The notes beneath the pieces are model-generated. The model had not been told where the DNA came from. It saw only the letters and a program-made list of their open reading frames with translations, and ran no database searches. A DNA stretch of 64,000 nucleotides from Phoronis australis. Lineage: Eukaryota; Animalia; Phoronida. The stretch is from positions 142,857-206,856 of the forward strand of contig NMRA01000525.1 in NCBI GenBank assembly GCA_002633005.1, in the 5' to 3' direction. A program made the position numbers and the translations under genes. Positions 51,324 to 62,433 of the stretch are shown one piece after another. How positions within the stretch are numbered: position 1 is the stretch's first letter; each line of letters opens with the position of its first letter.

Positions 51324-52197
51324 TCAAGGCACAACAAAATCACCACCATTTTCATTATCAAAGTGATGCATGACGTGCTGTTCATATTCAATCTGTGACA
51401 CTGTCGCAGGGTAGACTGCATTGCACATGGGACACACCCGATCGAGTTCTTTGGCACGGTTTAAATCAATCTCCTCTGAAGGGTCGCAGTCTAAAATGTG
51501 TAACTGGAACTCTTCCTTAGACATGCTGCCTGGAAATGATACGTGACACGAGGGACAGACACGAGGCGAGTCGCTTCTTTTGCGCATGTCCTGTGGCAAC
51601 TGATCAGCCTCCGTGTCTGTCACCTGCCCAACGGCGTACCCATGAAGTGACACGCCCAACTTTTCATGGTGTGTTGCCGTTCCATAGTCCCACTTATCAT
51701 CGCCAAAAGCCGCCACATCACACTTTCCATCAGGACGCCGGAGCACACTCAGTGATACATCACGTGATTTTGGAATGCTGGTTATGTAATCTTCTACGTC
51801 ACGTATGTAATCACCATCTGCACTCCGGTCAGTTCTGACGGATGGTTTCTCAGTTTTATGACCGATATTTTCATCTTCAGCAGCAGAGACATCTGGCCAC
51901 CGCACATCATCATCGTAAAATGCATCATCAATATCCGAGAGCTTTTCTTGCGAGGGGACTCGAGCACTAAAAGAGGATCGCTTCTGCATTTCGCGTGAAG
52001 TCCATTTCTTTAGAATTGACTGATGTCTTAGCGTGTCCGTTCTCAGTACTTCCATTGACTTCACCAATTGTGCCAGAGCATTTTTAACTTGCATGTAGAA
52101 GAAGTCATCATCTGAAACACAAAAACTGGAGTTAGGTGTATGAAGGCAAGAAATGGAATCTTCGTCCATGTATTCAATCACAGGCATGGAAAAGAAC
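51324..52197 (-). CDS. TBK1-adaptor-like gene, last exon (TBD-like segment + 2 UBZ zinc fingers)
   Basis: 287-aa ORF with TTCTGCTTCAG acceptor at 52198; AATAAA (minus strand) at 51041-51046. Confidence 0.88.
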
Positions 52198-55077
52198 CTG
52201 AAGCAGAAAAAACAATTTCAAGCAGAATTTGTAAAATATCGTTGCAGTAGAGAGTGCACCATTACAGCCTGATTCATGAAAGTGACTTAAGACTTTTTGA
52301 TTTTCAAATAATGTGATTACTACCGTATCATTGCTTGAAAATAATTTGTACAAATTTTGTCAATAAGTAACAATGATAGGAATCAAACATATTTAAGTCT
52401 GGTCTACACGCCACCTGTTGGCCACATCACGTGACCTAATGTGATGTGGCCAACAGGTGATGTGCAGACCAGACTTAAAAATGTTTGTGATCTATATTTC
52501 CACCCTGGTTCAAAATTAACATATTTATAAATGATGTGTATATTCTAAGATACTTTATAAATGATGACTATATTCTAAAGTACTTTATAATTGTTTTGCT
52601 AAGGTGGGTGTTACATATTTTTCAGAAATAGTTATGAGGAGCATAGAGCGTCAGACTAAATTTCTTTCTCAAGTCAACTTTTCATGAAACAAAAATTAAT
52701 ATTTACATAAACTTTGACATGTTAGTGATATTTGTTTTGCTTGGAGTGGGTTTGGAATTTCTTTTCGCTAAATTTTACTTAAACAACACAGTCACATGAC
52801 CAAACCAATAAAAATGGTAGTGAGTAAAAAATAATTCTAGGTGCTTTCTGCTTTTAGAAAATGAGTACAATTCAAGAAATTACTTTAAAAGTCTGGAATA
52901 GATTGACCATACGAACTTTAAAATTAGCACGTAAGTAAATAACGACATATCTATCCAACGTTTCGGTTGACGTTACCAGTTACCAAAAAAACTCCATCCT
53001 GAAGCTACAAACATTGAACCTGTGGGAATAAAGTCATCAAAATATCCCTCAGTAGGATCTATAGACAATGCCCAATATATCCCTCAGTAGGATCTATAGA
53101 CAATGCACAATATATCCCTCAGTAGGATCTATAGACAATGCACAATATATCCCTCAGTAGGATCTATAGACAATGCACAATATATCCCTCAGTAGGATCT
53201 ATAGACAATGCTCAAACTTGTCTCAGCACCTACCCCCAATTTACACAACTGAGATTTCTTAAAAGTGTCAAAATCTTTTCACTAGCTTATCTTTGGGTTA
53301 CAGTCAGTTTCATATTCGACAGAAGAAAAAATACCATTTTACATTGAAAGAGAACTGGTACGGTATCGGCTTGAGTGCATTATGATATTACAATACTTGA
53401 GTGTAAAAAAACAGTGAAGGCACTTGCGCGAGGCAATGCATTATTCGGGTAAATTCTCATCCCCAAATTCTTAAACATTTTGCTCCCTACAAAGATTTTT
53501 TTAATTTCCTAAGATAAACCCTCTGGTGTGTTCACCGAGATGCGTATGTTTAAAGTAAAAACAAGCTGACACGGTGTCCAAGGGCCAGTGGATTTGCGGC
53601 TGGGCCAGTAACTTTTAACAGTCAACTTGGCACCTGGGACGGTAAATTTTCAAACTAACTAGCCTGGCTGGCCAGCACATTTTCAAAAAACCAGGGAATT
53701 ATAAGCACGGGCAAAAAATAAAGACCAATGCCGACTCTCTAATATGAACAAAAACAACAAATTGAGATTGCTGAACTCGACTTTGGCGAATAAGATATTC
53801 AGAATTCAAATTAAACAATTTTTTTATATTTTATACATGGAAAATATTCATGTTCTTTGATGCGGCTACACAGACTCACAAAAGCAGCGTGTCCTTGTAT
53901 GTTTTAACATTTGCAAAAAAATTTTAATCAAAATCCCCGCAAAACCGATCCATAATTATTTTTAGAGAATACAAGGACAAACACGTCACTCTAGATATTT
54001 TTATACCTGGATCAAAGATCATAATTTGTTTCAATGTATAAAATATGAAATATTTCATTTAAATTGAATTTTACACTGTTTATTGGCCATGCACAGGTCC
54101 AGCAACTTTAAAATCTACTGTATACCGAAAAGACAATGATATGAAGGATTCCGTTTTCTTTACTCACTTTGTCTTGCTGCTGGATTAACGTTGCTCTGCA
54201 ATGAGCTCCCTCTATCTCTCTGCACTGCCTTCAGGTGGCGCACTTCACCTCTAGATTGCACTAAGTCCTGCTCACAAACAGCAAGTCTGCTTCTGACAGC
54301 ACTCAACTCCTCTCCCTGTGTTTTTACTAGTCGCTCCAACTGTTCTTTATCTTGCTTACACTCAGAGTAGTCTTTGTTGAGACCGATAAGATCTTTTTTC
54401 GTTGAAGAGAACTTTTTTTCCAAAGCAGCTTTCTCCTTAAGTAGCTGCTCATTTCTGTCTTCCAGTGATGAATTCTGATTTTTAAGTTTTTCACAGTCCT
54501 CGTTTGCTGTGTGTTTTTTCAGCTCACTCACTTGAGAAATCAATCGATAGTTTTCATTTTGTAAATCCGTTAGCTGATTGGTAAGTTCTTTCGTTTGCCG
54601 TTCATATTTAGCTATTTGTTTAGTCAGTTCTGCGTTTTGCCGAACATAATATGACTCCATCTCTTTTACTTTGTGATCACTGTTCAAGTTGGATGCATTA
54701 CTGCCACCGGTGACGAAACCTTCATCAGTACTCATCACCGAGCCTTTGGACACCAAACTCTCACCTAACCCCGAAGAGTGCATACCCGGCAAACTACAAC
54801 TTGATTGGGAGCCCCCTATATGCTGTTTCTGTGACTTCCTTAAGAGCAGACGGTGATTTGCCTTCAGTTGCTCATAATCCTCTGTCACTGCAACAAGACG
54901 TGACTTGAGAGCTTCGTTTGCAGTTTTGAGCGCATGCTGTGACCCCGCATCAGGAACCTCACCAGTGGTTATGTGGAACCTCTGCAGCGACTGGGAAGAC
55001 ATTTTACTGTAATCCTGTGCGTGGGCAGACGGTAATTCGTTGAGCACGTCAATGTCGTCGTCATTTTCATAGGACAT
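51324..55077 (-). CDS. TBK1/IKKe adaptor-like protein (AZI2/NAP1-TBKBP1/SINTBAD-TANK / Spindle-F family), ~608 aa
   Basis: Exons 55077-54168, 53019-52977 (43-nt exon needed to reconcile phases) and 52197-51324. The N-terminus MSYENDDDIDVLNE...SQHALKTANEALKSRL resembles AZI2/TBKBP1 (EDDICIL...SHFALVTAYEDIKKRL, recalled from memory). Also a long coiled coil, TBD-like QLVKSMEVLRTDTLRHQSILKK, and two C-terminal UBZ-type fingers (CPSC...HILDC and CPMC...HVMHH). Confidence 0.8.
52273..52688. mobile_element. MITE-like element containing a ~100-nt hairpin
   Basis: Imperfect TIR ttcatgaaagtgacttaaga / tctcaagtcaacttttcatgaa; hairpin at 52385-52486. Confidence 0.5.
52977..53019 (-). CDS. TBK1-adaptor-like gene, predicted 43-nt small exon
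   Basis: TTTATTCCCACAG acceptor and TG|GTAACG donor; converts phase 1 to phase 2 as required; encodes SSMFVASGWSFFGNW. Confidence 0.6.
53041..53211. repeat. 35-bp minisatellite x5
   Basis: aatatatccctcagtaggatctatagacaatgcac, just upstream of the predicted small exon's acceptor. Confidence 0.95.
54168..55077 (-). CDS. TBK1-adaptor-like gene, large coiled-coil exon
   Basis: Lies within the 330-aa ORF; acceptor at 55092/55093, ATG at 55077, donor A|GTGAGT at 54167. Confidence 0.88.
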
Positions 55078-57737
55078 TGTCAGCGAAAGACCTGTAAGAA
55101 ATGAAGCATAATCAAATATACAATAGAAGGTAGAAATACAATAAAGCTTCAAGTTTCATTTTCCAAGAGACCGATGTGAAAGCACAACCCAAATTGAGTG
55201 ATGCAATAACAAAACTGCAGTAATAGATGGCTTCGATTCCAGGAAAGGCGTAGGCACTTTTGGTAGCAAAGAAGAAACTTCAGTTTACACAATCATTAAT
55301 GTAAGCATTATATGTTGCTATGTTTTGTGATTAAACCAAACCACTTGGCCAGACACAAGACCAGAACCAAGATGACTGCCCTAAAGGACAAGCAGCTAAC
55401 TGTAAATTGGAATACAACTACATGGTACCAGAAAGTTTTATAACAACCCAACTCTCCAATAGACCACCATTAGGTTATTACCGGTAAATAGGACCTTATC
55501 GACAACCCTGTACACTTGGCCAAATATTTAAAAAACTACAGAAAGTGATTCAGTAAAATAAAATGTTCCTGAAAGTGGAAAGCTTTTAAACTCAGTGATT
55601 TTTAAAATTGTCGTTCAGTCTATAAATACAATCAAATAAATGCCGTTTATCATTTCCAAGTTCTGTACCATAGATTCCATCAGCTATTGTTTTGAGAAAT
55701 CATGAGCAAAGTAACAAAGTTAGCCTTCAAAAAATTAAAAACATCAATTTTGGTAATTACTATCATCCCAACACTGGAGATTTCATCAAATCCAGGAACA
55801 TGTGTCTATTTAAAGATGCCAAGTGCTGGGAGGGGACACATAAGTGGATGTCAGTTATTTTGTTAACTATCATTGACTGACTAAGTTTACAATATTTACA
55901 ACATACCATAAATGTTTACACAGTAACATAAATAACCTAACAATGGCATAATGTGAATTGCATATTCTGACCTCTGAACTATCAGACAGCACGATCAGCT
56001 CTGACAAGAGAGTCCTGAAACAAAGAAGAAATTGTTTTCGGCTTTGTGAGAACATGGTACAAAGCAGAAAAAGAATTTAACAGAAACACAAACCTCTATA
56101 GCACGCCAGTATAAATTTAGAAGCTAATGCTTAATGGAAGATTCTAAGATGATGTTATGAATGATTTAGAACAATATTTATAGTGCTATATACATGAGAC
56201 ACATCCACAGCATCAGAGGCAAGACCAAGAAAACACCACGAGGTAGACATGCTCCAAACACAAAAGGCCACCTCAAGATAAGCTACGGAGAGAGGCAAAA
56301 AATCGCCTGGGAGTGGTAATCCAAATGCCTGTTGTTCTATTTTTAAGATAATTTCAGTTAAGGTACAACATTCAACAACTTACTACCCTAACTGTCTTAT
56401 AAGTTCAAATGAGTACAGTAAATCCTCACCTAATTAGCACTAAACATGGTGGATGAGTCAAGTGTTACTTCTGTCAGATAGCTGCTTCACAAAAGTAAAG
56501 ATTAGGTATATGTCGGTATGGTTTGAAGTGTGTTAATGTCACAAAACAACACTCAAGGTAAAGTTTCCATCATTTGCAGCAAGATAATGAGCCCTTGAAA
56601 AACTGGAAAATGGCAGTTATTTTTGTGCAAAGAGTACACTTCAACTACAATTAGAGCAGTACCACAGTTCTTCCCTTACTTCACACTCACAACTTTTGTC
56701 TAAATCATTCTTTTTCTATTTCTCAAAGGATTATTGTATAAAATGCCATGAGTAAAAACACTAAAACAGTCAAAGCTTTCAATTCAAACCCAGCACAGGT
56801 TCTTCTTCAGTAATGAGTGACACAACATCTTCACTGAAAAAGAAACTGTGGTGGGTTTGTAAGCTTCGGCTTTTAAAATATTTTGAGGGTATCTTATCAA
56901 ATCTATTTACTTATAATACTACTAATAAAGTCGGTTATGCATATTGATTTTACTGATGTTATTCCTATAAATGGTAAGACGGTAGATCAGATGTCTTCAT
57001 GAACGCTGATCTGTCCTGTACTCAAACATTATAAATACTAGTAGATATCTTCAAATACAAATTCCACACCTGAACACAGTAAATCGGACGTTGGTTTCTA
57101 AAACCCTCTAAAGACAGAATGAGAGATATTGCCACTTTGAATGAGGTGTCAAAGTGCGTACACTCACGCTTATCATGACAATAGTCAAAGAACCAACCCC
57201 GACTCTCAAACATAGATTCGGGTTTGGTTTGCTTGAAACCTTCAGCAACAACCCGGCAGATGTAACTGGCTAACATGATCAAAGTTTTTACAAGTAGGCT
57301 AATACACTGACCATAGAATAGTCTTTGCTGTATTTGTTGAACAACGACCACAAGAAACTCAGATTTCCAACAGCTGTTGACCATGACAATGCATTGTTGA
57401 ATTTGAAATTGAAATAACAGCCATGCTCGACGATACATTAAAGTCCTTCCAAGGCCGCTAAATTTTGAATATATGAATGACCGTGAATATCTACGGGACG
57501 GTTGCACGGTACCATGGGGACGACAATGGCCAATCCTGGCACAGGACATTTAGTGAGGGAAAATTCGCTGACCAACCAGCGTAGACGGGAACTGGGAATT
57601 TCCAGTGGTTTCATTAATGTTCGATGTATGTGACATATATGTATATAATCCGGTACGATTTAAGAAGTAAAAGCGTCGGTATATTGAGAGCTGTAATCGA
57701 GAATACAGGAATATGAGCCCGGGTTTTGACAATTCTT

Positions 57738-57850
57738 ACCGTTTCCCAAACTTCGTTTCAAAAATGGCTGCTCAGGGGAAATCCCTGACGGAGATAGTGA
57801 ACTGCATTGCGCAAGCGCATTCTCAAACTACACCCGCAGCCTGTATGAAT
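57738..57850 (-). promoter_or_regulatory. Candidate non-coding first exon / promoter of the TBK1-adaptor-like gene
   Basis: Strong donor CG|GTAAGA at about 57737, YY1-like AAAATGGC near 57761, local CpG enrichment. Confidence 0.4.
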
Positions 57851-59679
57851 GGCGTACTTAACCACACGACATGTGACCCCCAGCATATAGAGACTCCGGT
57901 TTAAAGTCTGAGGGTAATTTTAGATCGAGTGCGTCCCTCATTGTACGTAATTGCTTTCCAAGGCAACTGGCGCGCATCAAAAATTATGCTGTAATCATGC
58001 CTTTTTTCTTACCACTGGAATAACATAATTGTGCACTGCATTCACTTTACTTTCATTCGGACAGATACCTCAGTTGAAATAGTGAGTTTTTGCATACGAG
58101 ACCTAAGGTAAAAATTTACAACGGGGTGCTCAGACGACTGAATTCAAATTTTGTCCCACCCCCAGTAGCCATCATTGCATTCGCTAATGTCATACGCGTG
58201 TTGTCGCTAAGGCTCTGCATGCAAATTATTGGAATTAAACCATGCCCTGCATAGAAAATAACGACAAGAGCACGCAGGTCCCAATTCAGTGTATTTTTTC
58301 TGTTTGATTGAATTGAAATGCACTCAAACGTACTTTACCATCGCTAGTCGCTGAACGTATGGGATAGCAGACAAACACCAGAAAGATCAGAAAAGCCCGG
58401 CGAAGACTAAACGTGAGCGTCCACGGGTCGGGTACACTCACACGGATTTGGGAGCTGGGGGTCCGGCGTTTTTGCATGTTTTCTAACTGAAACTGGTCCC
58501 TGAAAGTCCAAAGTTCAAACGTTTGTACGTAAGTAGAACAGTTATAGTAGTACTTGTTGAGGATGGGCGATCGCACGGCGGATAACCGGCTTATCATATG
58601 TCAGTCACTGGACTGCCCGCGCCTTCGTCGGTCCTAAATTTCAAAACCTGGTGTTCATGGGTCAGTCGTCCATTGGCACCAAATCCGTGAACCAAAATTA
58701 CCGTCCAGAGCACTCCCTCACTATCAAAAACAGAAAGTATGAAACAGGTTACCCAGACACACAAACGTGTCAAACCTTTCCACGAGACGGAAAGAACACA
58801 AGGCTCTTGCCACATTTCACTGAAAAGAAAATGGCTTACTGAGCCACTGAGTTAGCCAGTTCCCTCCCATGTGCCTGTTGATCTTTCAATTTATTTGATG
58901 CGATAGGAACCACTATCGTGGTAGGGAACATTTATATAACACTGAGAAACCAGATTCTCTGGTACGTATCTTAGATCGACAATTTTCGTTAGTTCTTGGA
59001 CAAACAAGTCTCAAATTAATCAACGTTGCTGCCAAAGAGACTTTCTGCTTCATGACTGTCAGTATCAAAACCTCATGAAACGAATTGCAACACAAATCAG
59101 TTTACACGATGCATCTTCAGGCCTAGAAACAATAATAACTTTTTTACTCAAGGCAACTGAAACTTTCGAATTTGGCGTTTAAATAACGCGTATCGCGTAC
59201 GGGGAATGAATTTTTATGCTCTTGGCCGACACAGGCGATCGTCTTTCTGTTGAAGAAAAGAGTGTCTCACTTGTTCTAAACAAGTAATAAGAAAGATTTT
59301 TTTCGAAGTTTCTGTTCAGACACGTTAACATTACACGCACTTCAGTTGATTGAATTAGTTGTTCCAGACGGTCATATTACTTTTCACTTTTTACAGCCAG
59401 ACACGAGATAAACCTGTAAAACATGTCGTTTAGGGAATTGAAGTTTTGTATATGTTTATACGCGAAAGAAACTCGCCAATACAGCCTATAGAAACTGCAA
59501 GAACAGTTCAATTTAGACCAACGGTCATCTGTCGCCAACACCACAGGTAGACTTTAGTCTACACGCATCGACCGATTTTTCCCACGAAGGTGAACTGGCC
59601 TCCCACTCAATTTTACCTTTAACGTGGCTTAGTCGTAGAAATTCCAGCGCATCAAATTTATCAACATCTTCACTAAGCC

Positions 59680-59708
59680 CAATGAGCTATACCAGGTATA
59701 GCTCATTG
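59680..59708. repeat. Perfect 29-bp palindrome flanked by 7-bp direct repeats
   Basis: CTAAGCC-[CAATGAGCTATACC A GGTATAGCTCATTG]-CTAAGCC. Confidence 0.9.
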
Positions 59709-62367
59709 CTAAGCCTAAGTCTGAACTTAGGCGAACCCAAAAGTTGTACGCGGCCTACGCTAACTCGACGCCCAGAATGAATCAGAATTCCATTCATAAG
59801 AATCATTCTTCAAAGTCACACCCCTGACAGTTGTTTCTTTCCCGGATAAAGGCAACAAAGCGCCAACCATACATAACGTCAAATTTGTCGTTATAGAATT
59901 TTTTACACACAAAAACGGCGTGTCAATGCATTTTACACTCCTCATCAAATTTTTTATTACGACTTTCCTGCAATGGTGGCCAGTTATTATACCTAAATTT
60001 TCTTGAAAGTATAGAATATGAAACATACTGCCATCTAATCATATCAATTACAAATTGACAAGACGAATAGACACTGAATCGATTGCTTAAAATTTTATTG
60101 AACTTGCATTCAGAGGCCCGAAAGCCTACAACTTCAAATCGTCAGACAAAACAGATTTGAAACGGTTAAGAAACAAACGCTAGTTTCTCGTTTTCTTTAG
60201 TATTCTCATGTCGAATATTTAGTATTCGTATTTGTATTATGGGAGAGACGGTTTCCGCTTCCGTTTTTGATAAAACTTATGAAACTTGTGGTATTTAACG
60301 CAAGCTAACGAAACGTCTTTCTAAGCGATACTCACTCCATATGGCATCGAATCTTTTCAAAGCAAATTTTCACGTCTAATAAGTGATTATTTATTCCTTC
60401 CTTGGTGTTAGCCAGTGCGTCAACGGAAACACATAAAAAATAAGATTTTTTCACGGGATACTGTCCTGGGTGTTTTTTATGATTTTTATGTTTATATATA
60501 TATATATCCCGAAGATTATGCCATGGTCAAGTACTGGAATTTGGTCCACGAGTATGGAGCTCGGTCACCGGTTATGGAATATTCTTGATGGGTGGGTGGA
60601 GTTCAGGAAGGGCGAGGTATTGGTATTTCAACCGCAGGGTATGTGCTGGTCTGGGACTGGGGTTTAATGGGAAATTGAAACTAAAATTTAGAGGCGCGGC
60701 CATGGAATCGTATCCGGCACCGTATGAATTAAAAAGGTCATATAAAAAAACGTTCATGTTTTCGACGAGTCTATATTCCTACTTTCTCCAATTGCCGCAG
60801 GTGACCTCATAGTATACATTTTGGCCAACATTAGTACCAGGCCAGACGCGGGATTTACATGAAGTATGTGAATCGTCCCACGCCCACACCAAATGCGTAA
60901 AACAAAAGCGCATAGATTTTCTAAAATACGTCACGCACTTCATACACGCAAAAAGTAATAACAATTGCTGCGTTCCATAAACTCAATACATAAGCCATGC
61001 GCCTGCGACGGGAAATCTTCGCTTATGGAGCAGAAACAGGGAATTTTATCCCATTAATTATTGATGAATTCTATCCCACTTACACCCAAATTTTGGTCGA
61101 TATACATTTTAAAAAATCGTTGATAAGAAATTGCGATCAACAAAAATTGCCTGTGTAATTCAACATTCCAACATCACGGACGAATCACTTCAGTGTCCGC
61201 TATTTTGCCAGGTTACGCTGGAACAATCTCGATAGTACTCGGGAGACACTTGCCTTTCGCGTGATTTTGTGAGATCTCACTTTTCTTGGTCTACGGAACT
61301 CTGCCCTGGTTTAACTTCTCATGCCGATCCGCAATTATAAACTCGGGATCTATGTCTACGTCTACATTTATTCTGGCTTATATTGCAAATCTGTCTTTAG
61401 CTGGACATTGTTTACCATTATCTCGGGTTTTCCACCGGCGTTTCATAAATAGTATTACTACCTGTTTACACTGGTACATGACCTGAGTGAGGTGTCAAGA
61501 GAAGGTCAAATAAACAAACGTAGTACGTGTAGAGTACAACCAATATTACTAATCAAAGTACGAAGACATTTTACCTCACAATGCATTAATTTGACACGTT
61601 CTGTTGTGCTGATTGTTACTTGTTTGTATATTGCTTATTCAGGTTATAGAAACTTCCACATCCGTTAAGTTTCGTCAAATTTAAAACGAAAACTTAAGTC
61701 TAAACCTTACAAGTCAAACTTAGATCATTTTCCTAGAACGAATTAACCACAAAATTAGTTTTATTTTAAAATTGACTCAACGTTAAGATTTGTCTTGAAA
61801 CGAGCCCTAAATCACCATATTTGAGCATCATCCTAGGTATTGTACAGTGGCCGTGGAACACTAAAATAACTTTGAAACTTGGGTTATTTTATACGACAAA
61901 TGCGAAATCTAATCAATATAATATTCTAACTATAACCATTCTAGGGACAGCGCGCGAAGGAGTTGTGAAAATTCACCAATCCGAACTGAAGTATTTCGCG
62001 CGAGGCACGTGCGCCGAAGCTTTTCATGTCGCTAAGCCTTGGTCCAGGATCGGTACATGTCCAAAAGAGACATTATCGTTTTTACGGTCATAAAAGTTTT
62101 GTTGGACAGCAAGATTTTTGAAGTTGTTCGCTTTGACCAGAGTAAACAACAAAATCCGTTGTGTTTCGATGATTTTATTCTGACAATTGTCACTGACATT
62201 CGCTGAAATCAAGACCGACAACTTTATCAGCAAAATACGCGTACAATATTTCATCATTTATCAAACCCGATTTGGCTACGAAGGCGAAGGTACCCGGTTG
62301 AATTCACGCTGGGTTGATTTCCGAAAATCACTTTCTTGCCGCTAATGTCAGTTTAAACAGTGCCATT

Positions 62368-62433
62368 GCAAAATGAAGTTAGGCAAAATGAAGTTAGGCA
62401 AAATGAAGTTAGGCAAAATGAAGTTAGGCAAAA
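62368..62433. repeat. 15-bp minisatellite x4
   Basis: gcaaaatgaagttag. Confidence 0.9.

Noticed and set aside
51536-51838. Plus-strand 100-aa ORF
   Set aside because: Antisense shadow of the real last exon of the adaptor gene.
51324-55077. Calling the third gene TAX1BP1/CALCOCO2
   Set aside because: The tandem fingers are similar, but no SKICH domain is visible, and the N-terminus and TBD-like segment fit AZI2/TBKBP1/Spn-F better. No symbol assigned.
57022-57549. 175-aa minus-strand ORF
   Set aside because: No recognisable domain and random-like composition; probably lies in the first intron of the adaptor gene.
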